Of a stretch of 64,000 nucleotides of DNA, positions 38,680-51,463 are shown one piece after another (the first letter of the stretch is position 1; each line of letters begins with the position of its first letter). The DNA is taken from the NCBI RefSeq assembly GCF_006345805.1, contig NC_043016.1, positions 9,796,001 to 9,860,000 of the forward strand. The letters are read 5' to 3'. Below the pieces are notes generated by a model. That model had not been told where the DNA came from, did not search any database, and saw only the letters and a program-made list of their open reading frames with translations. Both the position numbers and the translations under genes were made by a program. Source of the DNA: Octopus sinensis. Lineage: Eukaryota.

Positions 38680-39080
38680 CCTTATTCTGGACACTAAAGA
38701 AAGCTGACCAGAAGAGAATTAATGCATTCGAGCTTTGGTGTTGGAGAAGACTTTTACGGATTCCATGGACAGCGAGGCTCACCAATGGAGAAGCAGATCA
38801 GACGAAAAATGTTGCTAGAAGCTAGGATCACCGAGCATAGATTGGCATATTTTGGTCATATTATGCAGAGAAAATCCCTGTAGGACATTATGCTCGGAAT
38901 GGTCAGTGGCAAGAGAGGAAGAGGCCGACCAAGAACCCGCTGGCTTGACACCATCAAGAGTGATATCAGAATGGACGTAGCCAATCTGAAAGAAGCGGCT
39001 TAGAATAGAACTGACTGAAGGATACTGATCCATCGAGTAACCGAGAGTCGACTTCAACTGAGCGGATAGATAGATAGATA
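38680..39080 (+). mobile_element. RTE-clade LINE 3' fragment
   Basis: WTLKKADQKRINAFELWCWRRLLRIPWTARLTN...FGHIMQR...GKRGRGRPRTRWLDTI; (GATA)n tail. Confidence 0.9.
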
Positions 39081-39803
39081 GACCCTTTCCTGCAGAGTAC
39101 ATATTCATCTGTGTTGTTTGTTGGTACCAGGTTCCTTTCATATATTTCACTGTTCACTTGATGAATTAAGTACCAGTTGCATACTGGGGTCGACCTAATC
39201 AACTGGCCCCTCTCCCAAAATTTCGGGCCTTGTGCTTAGAGTAAAAAAATTTTTGCTGTTCACTGCTACCTCATCTGGTCCCCGTGCCCGTGGCACGTAA
39301 AAAGCACCATCCGATTGTGGCCGTTTGTCAGCCTCGTCTGGCACCTGTGCGGGTAGCACGTAAAAAGCACCCACTACACTCATGGAGTGGTTGGCGTTAG
39401 GAAGGGCATCCAGCTGTAGAAACTCTGCCAGATCAGACTGGGCCTGGCACAGCCTTCTGGCTTTCTAGACCCCAGTTGAACCATCCAACCCATGCTAGCA
39501 TGGAAAACGGACGTTAAACAATGATGATGATGATGACTGCTCTCATGTTGGGTACAACTATGTAAATCTATGAAAAAATACATAGCAATGAACATATATA
39601 CAACACAGTCATATAAATACAAACAATTGCCAATGCATTCTGGGTAGCTAAGCATTGTGGGTGTTTGCTGGGTCACAGCTTTTGACATTCTGTGTCATCA
39701 CAGCTTAATCTGAGATAAGCATAACATGGTTCACAGTTGAGCAAATTATATTATTGCAGTGATAAAAGAATCAGTGATAAATTACACTACATAGTTTTAT
39801 TTA

Positions 39804-39847
<44 letters not shown>

Positions 39848-39856
39848 TATATATAT

Positions 39857-40152
39857 TAGCTGGCCCTGTGCCATTAAAAATTGACGGATAATTGTAGTAT
39901 TTTATATATAAATGTGGATGGCAAATCAAATTAATATACTTGTCAATGTTCACATAAATCTCTTGTACATATACACAGTACTCACACAGTTGAAACATTG
40001 TTTGATTTTCCTTTTCGGTGTTGAATGTTCACCATCCCACCAGTTTTCCATCACCCCTTCCTTCTTTCCTTATTCATCTATCACTCCATCTTTTCTTATA
40101 TGTTGTGACGGAGAAATACACAAGAGTATTATTATAGTTGTGTTTGTGTATA

Positions 40153-40195
<43 letters not shown>

Positions 40196-40513
40196 ATATA
40201 TATATATATATTATATATATTAGCTGGCCCTGTGCCATTAAAAATTGACGGATAATTGTAGTATTTTATATAAATGTGGATGGCAAATCAAATTAATATA
40301 CTGTCAATGTTCACATAAATCTCTTGTACATATACACAGTACTCACACAGTTGAAACATTGTTTGATTTTCCTTTTCGGTGTTGAATGTTCACCATCCCA
40401 CCAGTTTTCCATCACCCCTTCCTTCTTTCCTTATTCATCTATCACTCCATCTTTTCTTATATGTTGTGACGGAGAAATACACAAGAGTATTATTATAGTT
40501 GTGTTTGTGTATA

Positions 40514-40564
<51 letters not shown>

Positions 40565-40580
40565 ATATATATATATATAT
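39857..40580. repeat. 364-bp tandem duplication bounded by (TA)n/(TCTA)n
   Basis: tagctggccctgtgcc starts at 39857 and 40221; outside the flanking microsatellite tracts the copies differ by two small indels. Confidence 0.9.
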
Positions 40581-40689
40581 ATACACAGATGAATATGGTA
40601 CTTAAGTTGAGACACCAGAATTTAGTATGGTATTATCAATACAATTTCAAAGTAATTCTAATCACCTTATATATTATTTATATATATAA

Positions 40690-41085
40690 CTAGCAGTATC
40701 GCCCGGCGTTGCTCGGGTTTGTAAGGGAAATAACTAAATAAGCATTTTTAGAGAGTTATAGCCAAAAAATAGCAAAAAAATGCATTAAAAATGGAAAAAA
40801 AATTATGGTAAATTTTTTTTAAATCGTTGACACATCGTAGATATTTTTAGAGAGTTACTTCCCTTATATAATAGCGAAAAAAATGCATTAAATTGGAAAA
40901 ATATGATGGTATTTTTTTTTAAATCATAGACTCATCGTAGACGCGCGCTAATACCCAGAAGGGCTCGATATGACTCACGACTATAAGATACCCGGTTTTG
41001 GTTAAACTGGACCGCAAAATGTGGGAGTAGTTACGAATCTAAATCGTAGGAGACAGACACACAACTTCACTTTTATATATAAAGA
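40690..41085 (-). mobile_element. Non-autonomous Helitron
   Basis: Near-identical to 15590-15990; TC...hairpin...CTAG. Confidence 0.75.
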
Positions 41086-41193
41086 TATAAGCCACGTAGT
41101 TATATAAACATACTTTGTTATATACACATTCTTAAAAGAAAATGTTATTTTGAACACAACATTTATAAAGAATAAAATATTTTTTGGTTTTTC

Positions 41194-41830
41194 TTAACCC
41201 TTTCGTTACTATATTTCTGACCAAAATACACCCCTTATGTGTTTCAATTATTTTCTAACGTAATCATAAATTTAGTCTGGTTTCATTAAACAACAATAAC
41301 TTTTTTATTTATCAATATATTAACATGACTTTTGGAAGATAATTTAATGAAATGTTCTCAACCAATTCTAAACTATAATTTTTGTCACAAAGTGACTCTA
41401 ATTGCAGGTAGATGCAGGTAAATTCAACAATATATAAAATTATTAAAATTTTGTTCAAACATTGCTATAGAAAATGGGTTATTAGCTAATATTCAATTGG
41501 GTATACAACAAAATTTTACGATAGAATTTGTTATTCTGGGTAACTTTCTGATACCCATAATAATATTTATGGCAAAATAGGCCTTAATTTCATTTAAGGT
41601 TGTGGGAAATAACAAACTATCCTTTCTTTCGCTTTGTTTACGTTTAGTGTAACGGTTCGTTTCCGCTGTAATGATTTCAAATAGGCTCATTCGAAAAAGT
41701 AAAAAGAAATAGTTTAAGGCTTTACTCTTCTGGGAAAGTCTGTGGCTTGGTGCAGTTTCTTCAGAAAAATCACCGAAAGAAACAGTTTTTAAATTTTCAC
41801 TCCATTCAGGTGCCAATTCATTTTCTTAAT
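41194..41830 (-). mobile_element. Internally deleted piggyBac element with an N-terminal transposase fragment
   Basis: TTAA-CCCTTTCGTTAC terminus at 41194. ORF 41493-41816 (NYFFLLF..SLFEIITAETNRY...PTTLNEIKAYFAINIIMGIRKLPRI) resembles the PGBD/DDE_Tnp_1_7 N-terminal region. Confidence 0.8.
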
Positions 41831-42498
41831 CGCTGTCGGATTCACTGTTTTCACTTTAATCGTTGCACACTTGCAAAGAGAAAGGAGAAATTAGAGTGAT
41901 AGCGTCAGTGAAACAGTTCGCTCCGTTTGTGTGTGTGTGTGTGTGTGCGTTTGCGTGTGCTGTAGCCCACACTAAGAAAAGCATTTGACATACACACCAC
42001 AATGTGAGTTTTCTCTAAATTTTGCGTAATTGGGGTTGAAATTTTAAAAACTGGACCTGGCACAACCCGATGCATTCTACTCTTAAAAATGCTAGGTAAA
42101 TTGTAATTGAAGAAATCCTATATTGTAGATTTCTATAAGAGACAAAAGGGAGGCAGATAAAATCTGCCTTTTATAATAAGAGATATATGGCCTTGTAGTT
42201 AGTGTTGCACTCAGGATCTAGTGATCATCGTGATTTCAATTCCTAAAGCGCTTCATCTCGCATTGGTCTATGATCACTTCATCAACTGGCATATGGTACA
42301 CCTGTGTGCACCTGTTCAGACAACATCGATTTGGTGGAGTGAGGTGAACTAATGTACAGAACATACATTTGATCACTATAAATAAATCATGTTATCTTCA
42401 ACAGGAGTCATATGTGTGTGTGTGTGTGTGACCTCGTGTGTGCTGTTGGTGATTTTTTTTCCTCTGTCTTCCCTTCCTTGGATCTCTCCTTTTCCTAT

Positions 42499-42533
42499 GT
42501 TTCTGACAAACAGCTCCGCTCTAAACGTTAAAC
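42499..42533 (+). ncRNA. Degenerate minimal hammerhead motif, sister of 35566-35600 (element ~42425-42620)
   Basis: gttt CTGACAA A CAGC tcc GCTC TAAAC GT T aaac. Confidence 0.5.
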
Positions 42534-42629
42534 CCTCCTTCTTTCCTGAGTGTCCAATAACACTATACTTGTTCCACGTCCTCACGTTGTGTTTTCTCTT
42601 TGTGTTTGGATTAACTATATATATATAAA

Positions 42630-42840
42630 TAAATTAGAGATAAAACCACTATTATGCAATTCAAACAATGATAGACATAAACAAAACATAAATAAAATAT
42701 ATTTTTATAAAACATATATATTGATTATTCATTTTTATACTTTTGTGATCTAGTTATGTTTTATAAAAATATATTTTATTTGTTTTGGTTTATGTCTATC
42801 ATTCTTTGAATTGCATAATAGTGGTTTTATCTCTAATTTA
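42630..42840. repeat. Foldback palindrome (~88-bp arms, ~36-bp loop)
   Basis: taaattagagataaaaccactattatgcaattcaaa... pairs with ...ttgaattgcataatagtggttttatctctaattta. Confidence 0.9.
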
Positions 42841-43102
42841 TATTTCATATATTTATATTGTGAAATTTGATTTAATACTAAATTGAATTTTTCCCTGTAA
42901 GTTTGGAGTTATACTCCCTAATATATATATATATAATATATATATATATTATATTGTGTATTGAGTGGGGTGTATAAAGTCCATGATCACATTGGTTGCA
43001 AGCACTTACCGTAATCAGTCTTTGCTGCATACAAAACAAAGAACTTTGCCATTTGCAGTGTTGGCCATTCTTCTTGTTTTGGATGTGTGTATGCATGTGT
43101 GC

Positions 43103-43135
<33 letters not shown>

Positions 43136-44497
43136 GTATTTGTTGCTCTCTTTCTCTCCACACATAATATATGAGTGTTTGCAATGTATATGTGTTTTTA
43201 ATAATGTGGCAAGGCATAATGTAACCCACTTGTTCAAACCTATTAACAAGATTCATTGAGGTCTTAGAGGGTCAGTTGGGTGGAGTTTTAAATTGACTCC
43301 CATATCATATGGGTGGTATGTATGTACGTACACACAAATATACACATGTATATATATGTATATATATACATACACACACACACATATATTCATATATATG
43401 TATATAAACATATACAAACATATACACATATACATACATATACATACGTACATGCATGCATTTATATACATACATATCCACACATACATACATATATATA
43501 TGTACATACATACATTTATATACATACATATACACACATACATATAAACATGCTTATATATACACATGTATATACACACACACACATATATATAGAGATA
43601 GATATTATCTGTAAGTACATGTACTTATGTATATTTGTGCATGTGACTTTTTCACACAAACATATACCACACACATACATCCTTCCTTAGATATTTGTGA
43701 TGTGTGTTTATATTTGTTTCTAGGGGAAAACTATTTAATGTGATGTAGTGTGCGTGTGTATATTTATATATTATTTTGAAGCTAAAAACAGATTTCTGTT
43801 ACACAAGGCACCATAGTGTCCAAGAGATTACAGAAGTACCTTCGGCTTGACCAAAAAAGAAAAAAAAATTGTGAAGTGGTTTTAGTGTTAAAAAAAAAAA
43901 AAATTATAACATGAGACATGTTTGTATTTTTTTAATTCTTTTACTGGTTCCAGTCATTTGACTACAGCCATGCTGGAGCACCACCTTTTAGTCAAGCAAA
44001 TCGACCCCAGGTCTTTGTAAGCCTAGTACATATTGTATAGTCCTCTTTTGCCAAACTGCTAAGCTATGGGGGCATAAACACAGCAACATCGGTTGTCAAG
44101 CGATGGTGGGGGGGACAAACAGACGCACTGTTTCCATCTACCAAATCCACTCGGAAGGCTTTGGTTGGCCTGAGGCTATAGTAGACACTTGCTTAATGTG
44201 CCATGCAATGGGACTGAACCCAGAACCGTGTGTGTGTATTGAATATATATAACAATTTAATAAATAAAACATGCATACATACATATGTACATACCTACAT
44301 ATATATGTATATATACATGCATATATGGGTACAGGACACCACAAATAAATGTAGAACACAACGAGAAACGAAAACATAAAAACAAAACAAGGAAATGGAT
44401 TTTTTTTAACAACAAAAAAACAGTACAAGACAAACAACACAGGGAACATTCCCCTTCTTCAGCTGCCTCTGTTTCGACTCATTGCGTGTTTTGAAGG

Positions 44498-44528
<31 letters not shown>

Positions 44529-44636
44529 TATATATATAACGGGAAGGTTTACGAAAATAAACAAAAGACGAAGGCAGGTGGAGTACAAACAAACAAATGT
44601 ATTAGTATGGCACTCAGGAATAGAAATAAAACAAGT

Positions 44637-44674
44637 ATTTTACATTTTGAGCCTATGCTCTTCGACAGAAAGAT
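44637..44674 (-). ncRNA. Degenerate minimal hammerhead-like motif in element ~44340-44760
   Basis: Minus strand cttt CTGTCGA A GAGC atag GCTC AAAAT GT A aaa. Confidence 0.4.
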
Positions 44675-44786
44675 ACACAGAAAAGAAACAAGGAGAAAGC
44701 CTTTGTTTATATACAGAATATATATATTGTTGTACTGCTTCATGTCATGCAGTCTGAGTTCAAATTGATGTTCCCTGTATACTGTG

Positions 44787-44817
<31 letters not shown>

Positions 44818-44818
44818 C

Positions 44819-44851
<33 letters not shown>

Positions 44852-45221
44852 GAATATTCTTTTTTTTTACATGTTTCAGTCATGTGACTGCAGTCATGCT
44901 GGAGCACCATGGCCCAGGACTTGTTCTGTGAAAGCCTAAACTTATTCTATCAGTCTTTTGCTGAACTGCTAAGTTATGGGGATGTAAACACAAAACATCA
45001 GTTGTCAAGCGATGGTGGGTAGGAGGACAAACACGGAGGCACATATGACAGGCTTCATTCAGTTTCTTCCAAATCCACTCAAGGCTCAGCCTGACGCTAT
45101 CGTAGAAGATGCTTGCCTAAGGTGCGATGCAGTGGGACTGAACCTGGAATCATGTGGTTTAAAAGCAAGCTTCTTACCACACAGACACTCTTATGTATAA
45201 TATATATATATATGTGTTTAC

Positions 45222-45266
45222 CATGTGTTGACGAGAGGCAATTACCTTGAAACTATAGTCCGTATG
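45222..45266 (+). ncRNA. Minimal type-I hammerhead ribozyme motif (C3U variant) in a ~220-bp element between (TA)n tracts
   Basis: catgtg TTGACGA GAGG caatta CCTT GAAAC tata GTC cgtatg: 6-bp stem I, 4-bp stem II, palindromic stem III (ACTATAGT), GUC triplet. Confidence 0.7.
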
Positions 45267-46045
45267 TATCACTTAGGTTTTCGAGGGAGGATGACCTCCC
45301 TTTGCAAATAACACAAGGGCACTAAAATTTTGTGTCTAAGGCCAGCTGGTGACGTTGATCTCCTGGGGCTAAAAGCGTCAGTAACACCCCACCCCCAGTG
45401 GCTAGCCACATTCAGATGGCTAGTACACTTTACGTTATATATATTTATATTTTCTTTGAATAAAATGTTAACAACTGTTGGTTGTTACTAATTGGGCAAA
45501 CAAAAGATGAAAGATATATATAAACGTTATAAATATGTATATAAGTATATTCATTGTATAAAGTATAGCATCTACAAGTTAAAGGAACTAATTAGCCAAG
45601 CAAAGAGAAAAGATATATATACACACACACATAATACGTGCGTGCATGCACACCACTTTGTGACACAATGACCACTCATCTATTAAAATGCAATAAGCCT
45701 TGTTGAAGAACCAATTTAGTAAATCCGTAAGAGAAGCGGCTGCCGATTCTGTAACTTCAGTTCAGTTTATTGTTTGTTGTCTCTGATTTGAATTAGTTCC
45801 TCAAAGAATTGTGGCACCATGCTTTACAGAAGTGTGTGTGTGTCTGTGTGTGTGTAGTTAATTTAAAGGAAAAGAGAACTTCTCACTCTTTGTCTTTAAT
45901 ATGTCATCCACTTGACACTCTCAGAAAGTGTTTCGGTTCAGAAATAAGTACTTGAATTCCCATTGTGTGTGTAGGTGTGTACAGTTGTTCTTGTTATTAA
46001 CCTCCACCCACACAGGCACTAAAACTTTGCAGAAATGAATCTGAT

Positions 46046-46280
46046 AAAGGCGGCGAGCTGGCAGAATCCTTAGCACACCGGGCGAAATGCTTAACTGTTA
46101 TTTCGTCTGCTGCTAAGTTCTGAGTTCAAATTCCGCCAAGGTCGACTTTGCCTTTCATCCTTTCGGGGTCGATAAATTAAGTACCAGTTACGCACTGGGG
46201 TCGATGTAATCGACTTAATCCCTTTGTCTGTCCTTGTTTGTCACCTCTGTGTTTAACCCCTTGTGGGCAATAAAGAAATA
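46046..46280 (+). mobile_element. SINE family A copy with 15-bp TSD
   Basis: TSD agaaatgaatctgat at 46031-46045 and 46281-46295. Confidence 0.9.
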
Positions 46281-49249
46281 AGAAATGAATCTGATTAAAT
46301 AAGGAAGAATAGTCTTATTCCATCATGACCATCAATCCTTTCACAGGCATGGATGTATATTTAAAACGCTTGCTTCCCAGGTTCTTGGGTTCAGTTCCAC
46401 TGTGAAGCTCCTTTGGCATGTGTCTTCCATTTTAGCTCTAGGCTGACCACTACATGTGAGTGGATTTTGTTGACGGAAACAGAAAGAAGTCCATCATGTG
46501 TGTATGTATGTATGTGATTGCATTTGTTTTCCCCACCCCCACTTGATAACTGGTGTTGGTTTGTTTATGTCCCAGTAACTTATGTTTGGCAAAAGAAACT
46601 GATAACGTATTATGCATTAGGCTTAAAGATGTCCCGGAGTTGATTTGTTCAACTAAACCCTTCACAGGAGTGCCCCAGTACGCTCCAATAACAAACGGGT
46701 AAAAGATAGTTTATCAAGGACTACTTGATGCAGTGTATCTTTTTTTAATGATAGGTGATTTGAATGAGATTTGACTATGATTTCTAGCAGTTCAAGTGCT
46801 CTATTTCTCACAATTTCTACAACTGTAGCCATGCCTGTGCCTATATATCTCACTGTTGTTCATCATTAGTGTGTGTGTGTGATTTTTTTTTTCCAAATAG
46901 GTTTGTCTAGAAACGGTGGGTAGTATGCTCATTGATACCAACCCAATTAAGACTGCTTTTGTTTCAATAATACATACTCCTTGTTTCAAAGTAACCTAAA
47001 TTAAAATTTTTCAGAATTTCATGTTAATTTGTTTCCCAAACACCAGGTTAATAATGATAAAGTTATTTTACTAAATTCTTCACTTTCAAAATTAATTGAA
47101 TCAAAGGCAATGGATTTCAAAAGAAACATTGTAAGAACAGGGTTTAAAGTGATCTACTTAGAAAGCTTCCGTCAAAATTTCATGTTACTGTTCCAAAAAC
47201 ACATGTTTAATAGTGAGTTATTTTACTAAATTATTCTGTATTTTCAAAATTAATGAAAGAAACAGCAGCAGTGTATTTCAACAGAATTATGTTAATGAGA
47301 AAGTTAAGGGTATCCCTCTGAGAATGGTAAGAATGGCACAGCTGATATCTAAGAAAAAAACGTCCAGAGTGAGCAGACTCCAAATGTATACAATGGAAGG
47401 AACTCCAAGGGCATCCATGACAACTATCCCATAACAATTTCTATTGTGTGTGTTGTTCAGGTAGTTAAGTTTGCTTCCACAATCATGACCACAAATATTG
47501 GTATCATATTTTGGCACAATGCCAAGAAGTCTGGGAGAGGGGCTAAGTCGATTACATTGACCCACAGAGCTCAACTGGTACTTATATTATCAACCCCTAG
47601 AAGATGACTGGCAAAGTTGACCTCAGCAGAATTCGAACTCAGAATGTAAAGACAGAAGATATACTGATAAACATTTTGCTCAACATGTTAATGACCACAA
47701 ATATTTGAGTCTTATATGTGCTCACATCTACAAGTGAGTTTAGCAGACTCTAATCTTTAGTCAGCAATATAGAGGCAGCGAGGGAGCCTCTACATCACTG
47801 CTAGATTCACTAGAACTAACTGCCTAATCTCATGTCACACCCTATCATTTTAAGCAAGACTTTATAGGGAAATTTCACTGCTATTTGAAAATGTCTTTGG
47901 TCATAGGTCTTCTGAGTGGGTGTGAGACATTTTGGTTCAGCTGTTTTGGTACCACTTATTTGGTGGTGTTGATCTAATGCTGACATATTTGGTATCAGAT
48001 GTATCAATGTTTCTCGCATTCCATTCCTCGCCCTTCTGTTTATGCATCTAGTTAGGTTTGTATGTTTGTGTAATCTCTCTTTCTCTCTCTCTGTCTTTAT
48101 CCCATTTTCTCTCACTCTGTATGTGTGTATTACTCTGTTTATGTCTGTCTGTCTGCACGTGTATGTTTGTGTATATTTACCACTAGTGCCAAAACAGGTT
48201 GGATGTCCAGTCAGCTGTGTAAATTCATCAGTGTCCAAACACCTGTACCCAGTTGTTTCATCCGACATCTGAGTTGGCCAGGATCTAAACCACAGCAAGA
48301 CATACTATCGCACATTATTATTTTTTCACTAAGTTAGGCCTGTGAACTAGTAGAATCACTAGTGAGCCAAACCAAATTCTTAGCAATATTTTTCTCCAGG
48401 CACTTTGCTCTGGGTTCAAATTCTGCCAAGATCTCTGCTTTCATCTTTTCGAGGTTGATAAAGTATCAATTGAATAATAGGATTGATGTAATTGGGTTAG
48501 ATATCATCATCATCATTTACTGTCCAATGTCCTTGCTGGCATGGGTTGGATGGTTTGACCAGGGTTGGTAAGCTGGAAGGCTGCACCAAACTCCAGTCTG
48601 ATTTGGCCTGGTTTTCTATGGCTGGATGCCCTTACTAATGCCAGCCATTCCAGAAGTGTAATGGGTGTTTTTACGTGCCACCGGAATGGGTGCCATTTGC
48701 ATGATACCAGTATCTGCCACAACTGCGATTTTACTTGGCTTGATAGGTTTTCTTCTCAAGCACGACATAATGCCAAAAGTTTCGGCCATTATCTCTGTGA
48801 GGCCCAATTCTCAAAAAGTGCTTTTTACATGCCACCGGCACCCTCCTTTAAAATTGCCGGTCTTGTAACCAAAATTTGGAAAAGATGGTGAGCTGGCAGA
48901 ATTGTTACAATACTTAGTGGCAGGTCTGCTGGCTTTATGGTTGGAGTTCAAATTCTGTCGGGATTAACTTCACCTTTCTTCCTTTCAAGGTCAATAAGTA
49001 CCTGACTGAATTACTATGACTAGCCCCTCCCCTCAAAATGCTGGGCCTTGTGTCTATTGTAGAAAAGATTATTTCTTAAGTTAAGCTGCTTACTAACGAC
49101 CATTCATTTACCTGTCTTCTGTGTTGTATACTCTTTGAATGATATCCTGTCAAGGTACACCATAATCAGGCAGTCTCCAGTCTGGAGTGCTTGTGTTCCT
49201 AGGGTAACGACAAAGTGGAAAATATGTATACGTTATCCTATCATTTAGT

Positions 49250-50396
49250 ATTGAGATTATCCTGTCAAATGTAATCCTTATTTATTCATATTGTTTTGAA
49301 TTAATCACACAATATCTCATAGCTTCAAGACTTTGACGATGTGATTGTTTAACTATAGAAAAGACATTGCCTGGTAGGCCAGAACTGGCCAAATTTGGCC
49401 AAACAGAATATTTAGAATATGGCCAGTTTAAATGCTAAAGGATTAACTCTTTAATATTCAGATTATCCAGTCAAATGCAATGCTTATTTCTTCACATTGT
49501 TTTCAATTAATTATGTATTATCTCTTAGCTTTGAGATTGCGATGATGTGATTAGTTAGCTTTAGAAAGACCTTACCTAGCTGACCGGAACTGACCAGATT
49601 TGACCAGTTAGAACATCAAACAGAATATTTAGGATATGGCTAGTTTAAATGCCAGAGGATCTACTCTTTAATATTCAGATTACTCTGTCAAATGTAATGC
49701 TTATTTTGTTCACATTGTGTTGAATTAATTATGCATTATGCCACAGCTTTGAGATTTTTACGAAATCATTGTTTCTTTTTAGAACAACATTGAACTGTAG
49801 GTGTGAGAGACAGTACCTGACCAGTTTGAACATAAAAAATGTAGAATATTTGGACCAGGCATATGGTCAGTTTAAATGTTAAGGGGTTAACCCTTTAGTG
49901 TTCTGATTATTCTATCAAACATAATGCTTATTGATTCACGTTGATTTGAATTAATCATGCATTATCTCATATCTTCAAGATCTTGATGGTGCAATTACTT
50001 AATGTAGAATAACATTGTAGGGTAGGTGTGAGAGCCTGGATCTGGTCAGTTTGAACATAAAACAGATTAAATATTTTGGCCGGATATGGCCGGTTTAAAT
50101 ACTAAAGGGTTAATGTGCACATTAGATGTACAGTCTTGAAATAAACCATCAGATTATTATTTTTGTATTAAATCTTTAGTTCTCTGATTAATCTGTCAAA
50201 TGTAATGCTTATTTATTTACCTTGTTTGGAATTGACTATGTATTATCTTGTAGCTTTGAGATTTTGATGTGATTGCTTATATTTAGAATGACATTGTAAA
50301 GGAGGTGTGATAGGCTGAATCTGGCCAGTTTGAAATTAAAATGAGTAGAATATTTGGGCCAGATATTACTGGTTTAAATAATGTTGAATGGTTAAA
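49250..50396. mobile_element. Cluster of about 5 co-oriented piggyBac-type MITEs
   Basis: Units of ~220 bp joined at aaaggattaactcttt (~49440), agaggatctactcttt (~49655) and aggggttaaccctttag (49883-49897). Confidence 0.8.
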
Positions 50397-50633
50397 TCAA
50401 ATTTCAGAATAAAATTAGTAATTAACCTGAAAAACAACAACAATACTAGCAAAGTACTAGGGGGTGGATTAGATGTAATATTCCTATAAAAGCATTCTGG
50501 TCATGTTGGGACTCTGCTTTTGAAAAGTTTAGTTTAGCAAATCGACTCTAGTACATATTGGTATTTTATTTAAGGTATTTACAATTTTGTATTGATATTG
50601 CATGTGATGGATAAATTGAACTTTAACATTTAT

Positions 50634-50935
50634 GTTTGTTCCTTCTCGAGCCTTGCCTGGCTCATAAGGGCTGGTTTCCCGGTTTCCTTGGCATATAGGT
50701 TCCCCACCTGGACGGGATGCTGGTCTGTCGCAGGTGAGCTGCAAGATGCAGGAGGAAAGAGTGAGAGAAAGTTATGGTGAAAGAGTCAGCAGAAGTTCAC
50801 CATTACCTTCTGCTGGAGCCACATGGAGCTTAGGTGTTTCACTCATAAACACACACATCACCCGGTCTGAGATTCGAACCAGCGATCCCTCAACGGCGAG
50901 TCTGCTGCTCTAACCACTAGGCCATGTGCCTCCAC
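50634..50935 (-). mobile_element. tRNA-Arg-type SINE (OR-like) with 11-bp TSD
   Basis: Head gtggaggcacatggcctagtggttagagcagcagactcg...ggttcgaatc; TSD ttaacatttat at 50623-50633 and 50936-50946. Confidence 0.85.
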
Positions 50936-51234
50936 TTAACATTTATAGTGAATGTTATAAATCTGTACATAAAAATATCTTTGGCCTGATGAGTAGATAA
51001 TATATTACCCCACTGTTTGGGTAATTGCTACTTCTGAGGTTTTGAAACATATGTAGCCTGGATTTTTTCTACTCCATTCCCTAAATTTGAGTTTTTATTC
51101 ACATACACAGCAACCCCTGCTGCTAACCACGAACTATAGAATAACTTTTTTCAGCTTATTGAGGTTTGATTAGAGAAAAACTTACATGCTTTTATGTCAA
51201 AACACCACTATTGTTCCTGAAAGTTGCTTTTTAT

Positions 51235-51463
51235 ACCTATTTCTTTACTACCCACAAGGGGCTACACACAGAGGAGACAAACAAGGACAAACGGATTAAG
51301 TCGATTATATCAACCCCAGTGTGTAACTGGTACTTAATTTATCGACCACGAAAGGATGAAAGGCAAAGTTGACCTCGGCGGAATTTGAACTCACAACGTA
51401 ACGGCAGACGAAATACGGCTATGCATTTCGCCCAGCATGCTAACATTTCTGCCAACTCACCTT
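51235..51463 (-). mobile_element. SINE family A copy
   Basis: Family A sequence. Confidence 0.85.

Noticed and set aside
50860-50935. tRNA gene (Arg-like), and other tRNA-like heads
   Set aside because: The acceptor and T stems are not intact, and each head continues into a SINE body with a TSD.
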